Of a DNA stretch of 64,000 nucleotides, positions 29,799 to 39,209 are shown in pieces. The position numbers were made by a program, and so were the translations under genes. Position 1 is the stretch's first letter, and every line of letters begins with the position of its first letter. The notes below the pieces were generated by a model. It saw nothing but the letters and a program-made list of their open reading frames with translations, searched no databases and had not been told where the DNA came from. Origin of the DNA: a virus. The stretch lies in IMG/VR virus record IMGVR_UViG_3300020027_000005, positions 12,483 to 76,482 of that record. One strand, written 5' to 3'.

Positions 29799-31715
29799 CT
29801 ACTTTTCGGCCCAGTTTTTCGCAATCTTCGGTTTCACCACGAGAGGGACTCGCAGCGGAGGGTTGAGGGGCGTCGACATGTAGTACTCCATGATCTCCCT
29901 AGCCTCTGATGCCGTTTCAATCGGCCCTTCTCCGATGAGCTCGTCATGGACCTGGTGGATGAGAGCCCACCCCAAGTCTGCGAATCGTCCATCTGCGGCG
30001 AGGTTGATCATGGCTCGTTTCACGATGTCGGCAGCAGACCCCTGGATCGGGGCATTCTGTGCTTGTCGAAGTGCATGGCCGATTTCCCTGCTTCGGCCAT
30101 ACTTGGCTTTCGAAAGTCTGCGGAAGCGCCCGCAGATCGTTTGAACATATCCCCGACTCTTCGCCTCGTAGTGTTTCTCGGCGATCCAGCGACGAACACC
30201 AGGGTAGGTGTTGAGGTATTGGTTGATGAAGGTCTGGGCTTCGTCTTGAGAGACGTACCGACCGAGCTCTTCGGAGAGCTGTGCGGCCAGACCAACCTTT
30301 GACTCGCCATAGAGAATCCCGAACCCGGTCTTCTTCATTGCGGTTCGTTTCTCTTCTATCCAGCTCTCTCCCCGTTCACGAGCTGCGACACATTCGTCGT
30401 AGTCAGCGTTTTCGATGGTGCTGACCGTGAAGATGTGCATGTCCCGGCCATCGAGGATGGCATTGATCATCGTCTCGTCGCCAGACATGTCGGCGATGAT
30501 TCGCATCTCCAGCTGCGAGTAGTCCCCGATGATGAAGGCGTTCCCCTCCTCGGGGAGGAAGGCTTCCCGAATTCGGTAGGGGTCGTCCTTCGTGATTTGA
30601 GGAACGTTCTGCAGGTTCGGGTTCGAACTCCCGAGTCGGCCCGTAGTCTTTGTCGGGCTGTAGTCGGTGTGGACCCGGCCATCGAGAAAGAGGAACTTCA
30701 GGATTCCGTCGACGTAGGTGCCACGAAGTTTGCTGCACTTCTTGTACACCATGACGAGCTTGGCGACGGGATCCTGGGTCTTTCCGAGAGCCAGATGGGA
30801 AAAGAGCGTCTCGTTGACCTGCGGGACCTGCTTCTTTTCGGTGAAGGAGAGCGGGGTGTACTTCTTCACGTTGAAGAAGTACTCGCCCATCTGGTCGGTC
30901 GAGTTCGGGTTGATGGGGTAGCCGACGAGCTTGTTGATCTCGAAAGCCGTTTCTTCCATCTTCTCTTCGAGGACTGCTCTCACCTTCTTGAGATGGTCGA
31001 CGTTGACCCGCATTCCGCGGCGTTCCATTCCCCAGAGTGTCTTGAGCTGCGGTTCCTCGGTGTCCCAGTACATCTGGGTCAGCGTGTAGGGATCGTTCTC
31101 GTCGTCTGCTGGCCAGACTTCGATCTTGTCGAGAAGTCCGAACAACTTCATGGCCAGGATTCGCGTGGCCCATGGGTCGAGGGACGAGTAGTCGAGGTAC
31201 TTCTGCCACGCAGGGTGTCCGGGTTTAATGGCCCGCGGGTCCTCGCTTCCGAACAGCTCCTTGTACTCGTTCATCGGGTAGTCGAAGTAGTCGGCCATGC
31301 AGTCTTTGAGGCCGTGCCGGTTTTCTCGGCGGTCTTCATCTACAAGGAAGTCGAGAACCACGGTGTCGATCCAGGGACCGCCAACTTTGATGCCCGAGGA
31401 GTTCATGATCCTGTGCACGTCGAACTTTGCGAAGGTCAGCGCCTTCGGTACATCCGATTCCAGAACAGGGCGGAAATAGTTGAGGTTCACCCTCGGGACG
31501 AGGTATCTGACATCGTCCCGAGGGCTGAGCCCCATGACCACCACTTCGTCGGTCATGTTGAAGCGCTTGGACCCGTCCTCGTTCTTGAAGAGACCCAAGG
31601 TCTCGGTGTCGACGCCCAGCATCACCTCTGCATCCAGGCAGTCCCGGATGGCAGTTTCGATGAGCTGGGGTGTGTCGACGTAGATCGGAGGAGGGGCGAA
31701 GGTCTGAAATCTCAT
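29799..31715 (-). CDS. polA: Family A DNA polymerase (3'-5' exonuclease + polymerase, no 5'-3' exonuclease)
   Basis: ExoI VDTET; TGRLGSSNPNLQN; motif A DYSQLEMR; motif B KKTGFGILYG; motif C QVHDEL. Confidence 0.95.
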   Translation of the reverse strand: MRFQTFAPPPIYVDTPQLIETAIRDCLDAEVMLGVDTETLGLFKNEDGSKRFNMTDEVVVMGLSPRDDVRYLVPRVNLNYFRPVLESDVPKALTFAKFDVHRIMNSSGIKVGGPWIDTVVLDFLVDEDRRENRHGLKDCMADYFDYPMNEYKELFGSEDPRAIKPGHPAWQKYLDYSSLDPWATRILAMKLFGLLDKIEVWPADDENDPYTLTQMYWDTEEPQLKTLWGMERRGMRVNVDHLKKVRAVLEEKMEETAFEINKLVGYPINPNSTDQMGEYFFNVKKYTPLSFTEKKQVPQVNETLFSHLALGKTQDPVAKLVMVYKKCSKLRGTYVDGILKFLFLDGRVHTDYSPTKTTGRLGSSNPNLQNVPQITKDDPYRIREAFLPEEGNAFIIGDYSQLEMRIIADMSGDETMINAILDGRDMHIFTVSTIENADYDECVAARERGESWIEEKRTAMKKTGFGILYGESKVGLAAQLSEELGRYVSQDEAQTFINQYLNTYPGVRRWIAEKHYEAKSRGYVQTICGRFRRLSKAKYGRSREIGHALRQAQNAPIQGSAADIVKRAMINLAADGRFADLGWALIHQVHDELIGEGPIETASEAREIMEYYMSTPLNPPLRVPLVVKPKIAKNWAEK

Positions 31716-32821
31716 CCAGGTCTCCTAGGCCCTTTCATGTGTTCTCGAATCCAGGCAATGGCTTCCTTCTCGCTGGCCCCGTACACGAAGCCCTCGAGTT
31801 CCAGGTCCTGGAGTTCTCGTTCCATCCCGTTCAGCGTGACCTCTCGGAGGGACCACTCCTTGGGTTCCATCTGAAAGAGGTCGACGTAGCCCTGCAGTTG
31901 TCGGAGCAGTTCGTTCTTCCGACCCTGAAGGCTTCCTTCTTTCCCCTCGCGGTGCAGCGTGTCGATCTCTACGTCGGACAAGCCGTGCCATCGGAGAATG
32001 GCGACGCCCTCGACGAGGCTGTTGCTGGCGTTTCTCTGAACCAGCGTCGTGGCAGTTGACCGACTTCCGGGCGTGTAGCTCGTGTATTTTCGAAGCGCCT
32101 GAAGACCAGACTCTGGAGCTTCCCAGCTCACCTGGGCCACGTCGAGGTACAGCTCCCGATCCTTATGGGTGTGGACCCCGATCTTCAGAAGCGGGACCAA
32201 CATTCCGAACACATCAGGTTCGTTGTCCCTCTGCATCATGCCGAGGAAATCCGGACGCCCGACATTCGTAGGACAGGTGATCCCGAACTCCATTTCGTAA
32301 AAGGCCTTGAAGTGCTTGGCGTTGACCCCGAGGATTCTTCCGTCGAGATCGAAGGTGTAGATGTGGGCCGTCGGTTCAGGAGCGAATCGACTCGAGGTAG
32401 GATCCGGTCTCTGGTACTGGACTCTCGCAGCTCCTCCTCCGAAGAGATCGGTCAGGTTGTAGAGCGGCTCTTCCCAGATGTTCTGGTTCTCGGACAGCAG
32501 CTCTCGGACAGTCTCTGCGGTGAACCTCTGGTACATGGCGTACTTGTCGGCTGACAGGTAGATGTCGAGCGCCCTGGCTCCACGGTCTGGGACGAACTTC
32601 TTGGCCTCGGCGAAGACTTCTTTGGCGTTGATTACTCGCCAGTCGACGAGAGTTCCGTCGGGGGCATCGTTCAAGATTTCGAGAACGTCACTCGTGAAGT
32701 AGTGATCAGCTCCGGAGGTGACGATGAGCCACTTTCCGGAGCTGATGTAGATCGTGTCTTCGTCGACGAGCATGACTGCGTCACCCAGCGCAGCCATGTG
32801 CTCCGAAGAGATGTTCAACAT
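31712..32821 (-). CDS. Hypothetical protein
   Basis: 369-aa ORF, GGAG RBS, ATGA coupling to polA. Confidence 0.7.
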   Translation of the reverse strand: MLNISSEHMAALGDAVMLVDEDTIYISSGKWLIVTSGADHYFTSDVLEILNDAPDGTLVDWRVINAKEVFAEAKKFVPDRGARALDIYLSADKYAMYQRFTAETVRELLSENQNIWEEPLYNLTDLFGGGAARVQYQRPDPTSSRFAPEPTAHIYTFDLDGRILGVNAKHFKAFYEMEFGITCPTNVGRPDFLGMMQRDNEPDVFGMLVPLLKIGVHTHKDRELYLDVAQVSWEAPESGLQALRKYTSYTPGSRSTATTLVQRNASNSLVEGVAILRWHGLSDVEIDTLHREGKEGSLQGRKNELLRQLQGYVDLFQMEPKEWSLREVTLNGMERELQDLELEGFVYGASEKEAIAWIREHMKGPRRPG

Positions 32822-32835
32822 CGTTCGCTCCGTGT

Positions 32836-32880
32836 AGGTAGGCGGAAGGGTGAACTTCCCTTTCCGCCTACCTTATGCGC
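32836..32880 (-). promoter_or_regulatory. GCGCATAAG motif followed by a 12-bp-stem leader hairpin
   Basis: + strand cttatgc at 32872-32878; inverted repeat 32836-32847/32862-32873. Confidence 0.6.
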
Positions 32881-32889
32881 GGAACCGAA

Positions 32890-34089
32890 CTACACTCGAC
32901 GGAAGCTGCGAGCTCCGCCACCGCCCTTGAAGCCACCCGCAGGGCCCGTTCCCCAGGGGTTCACCTTCTTGATGGCCTCGGCCTGGGCGTCGAGCACGGC
33001 GTTGACGTACTCCTCGTCTTCCTTGTGGTCGTTCGGGTTGATCCACTCCGGACGGAAGGTCCAGGAGAAGTCGATCGGAGCGAGGATCTTCTTGATTTCC
33101 TCGTCTTCGAATCCCCAGGCTTGCAGCGTCTCTTCGGCGGTCTCGAAGATCTCGCAGTTCGTGTCGAAGGTGAAGACCTTGTCCTCGTACTTCTTCTTGT
33201 CCCAGGTCTCCTTCATCTCGCCCGAGCACATCACCCGTACGGACTTGTCGAAGATCGAGCCGGGCTTGGCCTCGTGTTCTCCTCCCCGACAGGCGAAGAC
33301 CTGGGTCGGGCTGTCCTTGCTGGTGCAGTTCGGGCAGACCACGTCCTTCTTGGACTTGGCCTCGATCTCCTTCGTCGGCATCCGCCGGACCTTCTCCGGG
33401 TCCTCGAGGTTGTGACCGCACTCACGGCAGTTGAGCTCGATCACGTAGGCCTCTTGTTCGCAGAGAGACCCGTCTTCGTGCTGGAAGATGCAGATCTTTT
33501 TGAGGCGCTGATGTGCAGCGAAGATCTGCCCGAGGTGGTCGTCCTTCAGCTCCCACCGGCGAGCACCGCCGAAGAGCCGGGCCTTGGTCGCCTCGTCTTC
33601 GTCCGCACACTGCTCACAGCGGTCGGGGTCTCCGTCGGGCCCTTCGACGTTGCAGACGATCACGTCCTTCCCTTCCCCGGTGCTGGACGCGCTGATGTGG
33701 TAGTACCGGAAGTCGGTCACCTGCATCATCGACCGGGACTGCTGGTTCAGCCGAGACTGGACCTTCTTGTACTGCTCCTTCTTGCTCCGAGCCTCCTCGA
33801 GCTTCCGCTGCTCGTTGGTCTTGTGGTCGGTGTCGTAGTGGCAGTAGCAGCACTTCCCGCTGAAGAGGGCCATCTCGGCCGTACAGGTCTTCGGCCCCGT
33901 TCCTTCGGGCCAGTGGTACTTCCGAACGTAGGGCTGTTCCCCGGTCGGGTGGAACCGGCAGAGGGCCTGCTCGTCGACGGAGAGGCGGAACTCGCTCATC
34001 TCCCAGGGCTTGAGGCCCTTCTGCTTCCGAGCGGCGCGCTCCTTCTCACGGTTCAGTACGTGGGCACGGAATCCATCGAATTCACTCAC
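32890..34089 (-). CDS. Putative single-stranded DNA-binding protein (gp32-like) with multiple Zn motifs
   Basis: Position between primase and polA; CRF..., H..C..CCYC, CEQC, CREC, CPNC; strongly biased codons; GAGGT RBS before GTG at 34089. Confidence 0.55.
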   Translation of the reverse strand: MSEFDGFRAHVLNREKERAARKQKGLKPWEMSEFRLSVDEQALCRFHPTGEQPYVRKYHWPEGTGPKTCTAEMALFSGKCCYCHYDTDHKTNEQRKLEEARSKKEQYKKVQSRLNQQSRSMMQVTDFRYYHISASSTGEGKDVIVCNVEGPDGDPDRCEQCADEDEATKARLFGGARRWELKDDHLGQIFAAHQRLKKICIFQHEDGSLCEQEAYVIELNCRECGHNLEDPEKVRRMPTKEIEAKSKKDVVCPNCTSKDSPTQVFACRGGEHEAKPGSIFDKSVRVMCSGEMKETWDKKKYEDKVFTFDTNCEIFETAEETLQAWGFEDEEIKKILAPIDFSWTFRPEWINPNDHKEDEEYVNAVLDAQAEAIKKVNPWGTGPAGGFKGGGGARSFRRV

Positions 34090-34098
34090 AGGAACCTC

Positions 34099-34147
34099 AC
34101 TTAGGATCATTTGAATTACGTAGGGTCTTTGGAATTACTTAGGATCA
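34099..34147. repeat. AT-rich 19-bp tandem repeat (about 2.5 copies)
   Basis: ACTTAGGATCATTTGAATT / ACGTAGGGTCTTTGGAATT / ACTTAGGATCA. Confidence 0.7.
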
Positions 34148-35146
34148 AAGGCGAAGTTGAATTGGGCTTTGGGCCTCGTCGATCATATCCTGAACTTCTT
34201 TTTCGTTCAGGGAATCTGGCTGCGTATTGATGGTCCGAGACTTGTACTGGCAGATCAGGGCCTTCCCTGCTCGGCCTAGAGCCTCCGCAATCTGTAGCGC
34301 AGCACAGCGCCCAAAACTGTCCGGGAATCCTTTTCCAGCTTGATGGTCGAGCATCACGTAGAAGGGACCTGCCAATCTTTCCAGCAGGGTTCTCTGCGCC
34401 CGTGAAAGGGATGAACCTTGAAGCGCGACCGTGTGAGGGAATCCGAGCTGTCTCAACCAGAGACACGCTTTGTACCCTTCAACCAGAATCAGAGGCGAAC
34501 AACCGGCCTCATCCTTAAAGAACCGTTCCGGGTACACGGTGTGAAACCCGTAGAGGTGTCGACGGTTGTCCGGGACGTACTTCTCAACGACCCCGTAGAA
34601 CTCTCCGCCTTTCCGCGCGTCGTACACCTTGTAGCGAGGACTCATCCAGTTCTCGATTGCCCTCCCGTTGATTGCCGCCAGCCGGCCCGCGAAATCGCGA
34701 ACCGGAAAAGTGATCCTCTGGCGTTGCGCGTCGTACCCTACTTCATGGGCTCGGAGGATTTCTTCTGAAAAGCCCTTTCGTAGAAGTTGAGCAGGCGGCC
34801 CCCCGTAAACTCCCAGGATGTATTCGGGAAGGAATACGGGCTCCTTGGCCAGCTCGGCCCTTATGCGCAGAAAGTCTGGAACCGCGAGCTTCGGCTTGAC
34901 GTTCTGAACCGTCCTGTCGATTTGTGTTGGCGACAGGCCGAGTTTTCGTAGCAGCGTGACGAAGGACCCGCTCTCACCGCAGTCTCGGTGAAAACAGATC
35001 CAGGCTCCGGATTCCAGACTGATGCTGAAAGTTCGGTCGTCCCCCGAGTGGAAGGGACAGACGGCCTTCAGGTTGCTCTCTCCCATGGGCCGTACTTCCG
35101 AGAAGTACAGGTCCATGATTTCTTGAACCCGGACCTCGAGGCTCAC
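34145..35146 (-). CDS. DNA primase (CHC2 zinc finger + TOPRIM)
   Basis: CPFH...CFHRDCG; RITFPVRD; RYK; HLYG; ILVEGY. Confidence 0.85.
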   Translation of the reverse strand: MSLEVRVQEIMDLYFSEVRPMGESNLKAVCPFHSGDDRTFSISLESGAWICFHRDCGESGSFVTLLRKLGLSPTQIDRTVQNVKPKLAVPDFLRIRAELAKEPVFLPEYILGVYGGPPAQLLRKGFSEEILRAHEVGYDAQRQRITFPVRDFAGRLAAINGRAIENWMSPRYKVYDARKGGEFYGVVEKYVPDNRRHLYGFHTVYPERFFKDEAGCSPLILVEGYKACLWLRQLGFPHTVALQGSSLSRAQRTLLERLAGPFYVMLDHQAGKGFPDSFGRCAALQIAEALGRAGKALICQYKSRTINTQPDSLNEKEVQDMIDEAQSPIQLRL

Positions 35147-35817
35147 TTCTTCTTGGGGTTTTCGACCATCAGCCCACGCTCACCGGTCGTGTACCCGATG
35201 CTCTCCGGAGTGATCGACTGACCTGCAGCACCGGCCTTCCGGGCCCGAGTGACCATGTTGCTGTGGGAACCGTAGGCCGCCTGGGCGTTCGAGCTCTCTG
35301 CAGCGAACCGAGCGGCCATGGCCGGGTTCACTCCGAGATCTGCGGCCACGTTCATCGCGTCCAGGGTGGCCCCGAGGTAGGACACCTTCCAATCGAGTTC
35401 TTTCGAGACCGACTCGATGAGTTCCCGGATCTGGGACCGGGTGTACTCCTTGGACTGGTTCTCATGACCATCCGTGAGGATGGCGATCATCACCACTCCG
35501 GGACGCTCTTCATCGGGCATCCCCGCGAGCTGTTCCTTCGTGGTGGCGAGTCCCCGACCGATGGCATCGAGGAGTGCCGTTCCGCCGCGGGGCGTGTAGT
35601 TCTGGTTGTTCCGGAGGGGGACATCGGCGATCGGGACGAAGCTGTAGACCTCCTCGTAGATGTCGTCGAACTGGATGAACGACATCGTGCACTTCCCGGC
35701 CTCGAGCCGCTGGGTCTCGACCAGGTTGTTGATGCCACCGATGGCGTCGTCCTTGATGGAGTTCATGGAGCCCGAGCGGTCCATGATGAAGGTGATGTGG
35801 GTGTAGTTCATATCCAC
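35143..35817 (-). CDS. von Willebrand factor A domain protein
   Basis: MIDAS motif DRSGSM; GGTALLDAIG; ILTDGHEN. Confidence 0.9.
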   Translation of the reverse strand: MDMNYTHITFIMDRSGSMNSIKDDAIGGINNLVETQRLEAGKCTMSFIQFDDIYEEVYSFVPIADVPLRNNQNYTPRGGTALLDAIGRGLATTKEQLAGMPDEERPGVVMIAILTDGHENQSKEYTRSQIRELIESVSKELDWKVSYLGATLDAMNVAADLGVNPAMAARFAAESSNAQAAYGSHSNMVTRARKAGAAGQSITPESIGYTTGERGLMVENPKKK

Positions 35818-35827
35818 GGCGATCTCC

Positions 35828-37183
35828 CTAGGTTCTGCGCATACCGTTCTTTGCGGCCAGCTTTCCGATTTTCGACTTGATGTCCTCGGAGGACACCCCC
35901 GCCGCGTCTGCCGCTTCTTTCGTCTTTCGAGCGGCGACGTTTACGCTCTCCATGTCGTCGATCCATGAAGTGTCGGAGGTCATGAAGGTCCCGAAGTTGG
36001 CATCGAGCCTGGCGTCGATGGTCCACGACAAGAACTTCTGAACGTTCCGACCAGCATTGATGATGAGGCCCATTCTTCCGGCCACGTCATCCACGATGAC
36101 TCGAATCGCCATGTCTGCTCTTCTTACGATGTGGTCCGAGTGTCCGATCTCTTCTGTCCCCTGACCCTTGAGCTTGATCCCTTCTCGATTCGCGTGGCCG
36201 CACGCAACGATGGGAATCTTCTTCTTGGGGTTCTGGGCGATCTTCTTCACCAGGTCTGCGGTTCGGGCGACGTAGGCGTCTTGTTTCGTGTTGAACTTGT
36301 CGCCCATCTCGTCGTCGGCGATGGCTTTCATGTAGTCGAGAATGACTACATCAGGTTGAATCTCCTCAATCTTCGCTCGAAGACCAGCGATCCCCCCACC
36401 TGCTTCCGAGACGATGATGTTCTTCTGCTCGTACAGCGAGTCCATCGCCATTTCGAGCGTGTACATTCCGTCCGTTGAGACGTGGCCTTTCGTCATGTCT
36501 GGGTAGGACAGGCCGGCGCGCATCGGGTAAAGGCGCCAGGCAATCTCCTCGCGCGACATCTCTCTGGAGTTGAAGAGGACTCGAAGTCCGCAGGATTCCC
36601 AGAAGAGAGCCAGGTAGAGAAGAAGGAAGGTCTTTCGAGATTTTTCGCGACCGTAGATGTAGATGAAGTTCCCGGGCATCAAGCCCATGGAGTTGTTGTT
36701 CAAGTACTCCCACGGCCAGGCTAGCCCCAGAAGACCTCCGGAACGTTGAAGGAGGTGCAACTGGTTGAGGACTTCTCTTTTGTCCTCGCCTGCGATGAGG
36801 TCAGTGTTTCCCTGGAAGAGTTCGAGACTCAACCCCTCTGCGATCCGGAGCATCTCTGCTTTCGCGACCCAGGGATTGATGTTGTTGGCCTCGGCGATCC
36901 TTTTCAGGGCCTCGTTCACCTCTTCGTGGAGATACCGAGTTCTGACCTCGTCGATGATGGACTCGATGTTGTTCGTCGGCGGGACGTGGACGTAGGAGGG
37001 GACCATCCCTTTGAAGAAGGTCACATCCGGAACCTCATGGAACCGGTTGTACCTGTCCATGATGATGTCCCAGTACGTCTGGGCTTCCTGACCTAGCATC
37101 TTGGCTTTGAAGCCCAATTTCAGTGGGACACTAAGATCTCTGCTCTCCAGTACGGATGCGACCAGACTCAGGTCGTAGTTCAC
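35828..37183 (-). CDS. DnaB-like replicative helicase
   Basis: Variant Walker A GREKSRKT; SREM; VILDY; HANR; D...RRAD. Confidence 0.8.
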   Translation of the reverse strand: MNYDLSLVASVLESRDLSVPLKLGFKAKMLGQEAQTYWDIIMDRYNRFHEVPDVTFFKGMVPSYVHVPPTNNIESIIDEVRTRYLHEEVNEALKRIAEANNINPWVAKAEMLRIAEGLSLELFQGNTDLIAGEDKREVLNQLHLLQRSGGLLGLAWPWEYLNNNSMGLMPGNFIYIYGREKSRKTFLLLYLALFWESCGLRVLFNSREMSREEIAWRLYPMRAGLSYPDMTKGHVSTDGMYTLEMAMDSLYEQKNIIVSEAGGGIAGLRAKIEEIQPDVVILDYMKAIADDEMGDKFNTKQDAYVARTADLVKKIAQNPKKKIPIVACGHANREGIKLKGQGTEEIGHSDHIVRRADMAIRVIVDDVAGRMGLIINAGRNVQKFLSWTIDARLDANFGTFMTSDTSWIDDMESVNVAARKTKEAADAAGVSSEDIKSKIGKLAAKNGMRRT

Positions 37184-37203
37184 TGGCTCTCCGAGAAAGA
37201 CCG

Positions 37204-37273
37204 CCCCCCGCTCCGCAACTAACGGAGCGGGGGGATGCGGGGTTTGAGGACAAGGGGTTCGGCTAGCTTATGC
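37204..37273 (-). promoter_or_regulatory. GCATAAG motif (37267-37273) and downstream 12-bp GC hairpin upstream of the helicase
   Basis: ccccccgctccg / cggagcgggggg at 37204-37234. Confidence 0.55.
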
Positions 37274-37307
37274 CGTCAATCTCTTCAGGGTCAACGGCGA
37301 GAGATGG

Positions 37308-37601
37308 CTAGCCGAACTTGACGCCCTGATCCTCGTCTTCGTCTTCCGTGCCTTCCCCATCCCCGGATTCTTGAACGGAGATGATCGACAGGAAATCGTT
37401 CTCGATCGACGCACACAGCGCCTCGGCCAGCTTCCGACTCTCCAGACTCAAGGCGGAGAACAGCGAGAAGCTGACCGGGTTGTAGTTCTCATCGACCAGG
37501 ACGATCTTCGCCATGTCGAGGGGGGTCGGTCCGAGTCGTCGGAGCCGCACCTCGCCGACCATGACCCCCGACAGACGTATGTTCCGGATGAAGGGAGTCA
37601 C
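37308..37601 (-). CDS. Hypothetical protein with acidic tail
   Basis: Coupled ORF within the operon. Confidence 0.6.
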   Translation of the reverse strand: MTPFIRNIRLSGVMVGEVRLRRLGPTPLDMAKIVLVDENYNPVSFSLFSALSLESRKLAEALCASIENDFLSIISVQESGDGEGTEDEDEDQGVKFG

Positions 37602-37939
37602 TTCTTCATCTCCGGGAAGAACTTCAGGACGACCTGGTTCGACCGCTCCCGAAGCTCACGCTCTACGTGGTCGTAGCACTCCTGGTAGGTCACTGCGACG
37701 GACTCTTCGTCCGGCAGGCAGGGAAGCGTGCACCACACGGCGACTTCGAACTTCTCGCTTCCGTATTCCTTGGCCATGCCGATGCTGGCCGAGAGTCCGA
37801 CACTGGCCGTCTTCTCGGGAGACGCCTTTCCTGGGGGCATTACGATCTCCTCCATTTCATTGTGTTGCTCACGGCCCTTCTTCACCGTGACGCGGTAGCC
37901 GGTCTTGAGTGGTGCGGTAGTTCCGCGTCCAGGATTCAT
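37598..37939 (-). CDS. Hypothetical protein
   Basis: 4-nt overlaps on both sides. Confidence 0.6.
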   Translation of the reverse strand: MNPGRGTTAPLKTGYRVTVKKGREQHNEMEEIVMPPGKASPEKTASVGLSASIGMAKEYGSEKFEVAVWCTLPCLPDEESVAVTYQECYDHVERELRERSNQVVLKFFPEMKK

Positions 37940-38526
37940 TCGTCACCCAGACCTTTGAATTGAACGGAGACACTCGGGCTCCGCTCTTTGACGGCGATTC
38001 GGTACCTTTCGAGGTTCTTGATTTTCACCTCTCCAGATGCGATCAGCCTTTCGAGAACATCCGGATAGACGACTCGCCCGACCACGGGGTCGCCATCCAC
38101 GTAGATCTCTTCCAGTTCCGGATGGTCTTCCAGAAGTTCCTCGGTTCTGTAGGAGACTGAGAATCTGGTGGAGCTCACTTTGACCTTCACCCGGCCCTGG
38201 TCGAAGACGAACGACTCTTGCAGGGCTTCTTCAGGAAGGTTGTGACAGTAGTTCTTGACGTCCTCGACCTTCCTCTCGATCCCTTTCCCTACCTTCGCGA
38301 GTTCGTCCACGAGGTCGCCGTTGCCTTTCTTCACCTTGGCCTGGAGCTCCTCCACTTTCTTCTGGAGAGTCTGCATGGCCGAAAAGTAGGCGGCGATTTC
38401 CCCGAAGGCGTCTTTGTTGTCCTCCACGAGGAGTGACTGAAGCAGGGCCAGGTGGTCCTGTTCCGAGGCCAGATCCTCCAGCATCTCCTGGAGGGTCTTC
38501 GCCTGTTCTGTTGAGAGGTGGTTCAT
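37936..38526 (-). CDS. Hypothetical coiled-coil protein
   Basis: 4-nt overlaps on both sides. Confidence 0.65.
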   Translation of the reverse strand: MNHLSTEQAKTLQEMLEDLASEQDHLALLQSLLVEDNKDAFGEIAAYFSAMQTLQKKVEELQAKVKKGNGDLVDELAKVGKGIERKVEDVKNYCHNLPEEALQESFVFDQGRVKVKVSSTRFSVSYRTEELLEDHPELEEIYVDGDPVVGRVVYPDVLERLIASGEVKIKNLERYRIAVKERSPSVSVQFKGLGDE

Positions 38527-39209
38527 CTTTCTCCTCGATCCGGCGGGATGGTCCCTCGGTAGATGAGGGCGTATGTGTCTGCCACCTCGAATGCCTTCTT
38601 CCAGATCTTGAACGAGGATTCGACAGGCCCGCCTGGTTTGTCGTTCCAGTTGTCCAGAAGGCGCTGCGGGTGGTGAGAAACGAAACCCGTTCTCGGGATG
38701 GGAAGGAGAACTCCCATGGTCGTGACCTCCACCTGCTGGCGGTGGACGTCATTCAACGCTTTCGTCATGGAGATCGGGCTCGAGCTCAAGGTCTTGAAGG
38801 CGACGTCTCCCAGAAGGAGAACGACGAAGGGGTCCACGACCTCGATGATTCTCTGGAGCCGCGCGGAGCAGGCCTTGATCTCGTCGTTGGCCGGCTTCCT
38901 GTCTTGCTTCGGGTTGTTGATCTCCGTTGCACGACAGCCCACGACATTCGTGAGGTACACGTCTCGTCTGCTCGACCCGATGTAGTGGAGGAGGCTGTCT
39001 ACGAGCTCCCCAACTCTTCCTTTGAAAGGCTGCCCAGCCATCTCGTCTTCTTTCGAGGGGGCGTCGCCAACGATGAGGACCTGGGCATTCGGGTTCCCTT
39101 CTCCGAAGACCACCTGCCTCCTGACTCTACCCTCGGGCTGGCAGAGACCACACCGGGTGCAGTCTGTCCAGGCTTCTTGGGTTTCTTGGAGCTTTTGTAC
39201 TTTATTCAT
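38523..39209 (-). CDS. Family-4 uracil-DNA glycosylase-like protein
   Basis: CTRCGLC; VVFGEGNPNA.VLIVGDAP; GQPFKGRVG; YLTNVVGCR; HHP; ATGA coupling places the start at 39209. Confidence 0.85.
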   Translation of the reverse strand: MNKVQKLQETQEAWTDCTRCGLCQPEGRVRRQVVFGEGNPNAQVLIVGDAPSKEDEMAGQPFKGRVGELVDSLLHYIGSSRRDVYLTNVVGCRATEINNPKQDRKPANDEIKACSARLQRIIEVVDPFVVLLLGDVAFKTLSSSPISMTKALNDVHRQQVEVTTMGVLLPIPRTGFVSHHPQRLLDNWNDKPGGPVESSFKIWKKAFEVADTYALIYRGTIPPDRGER

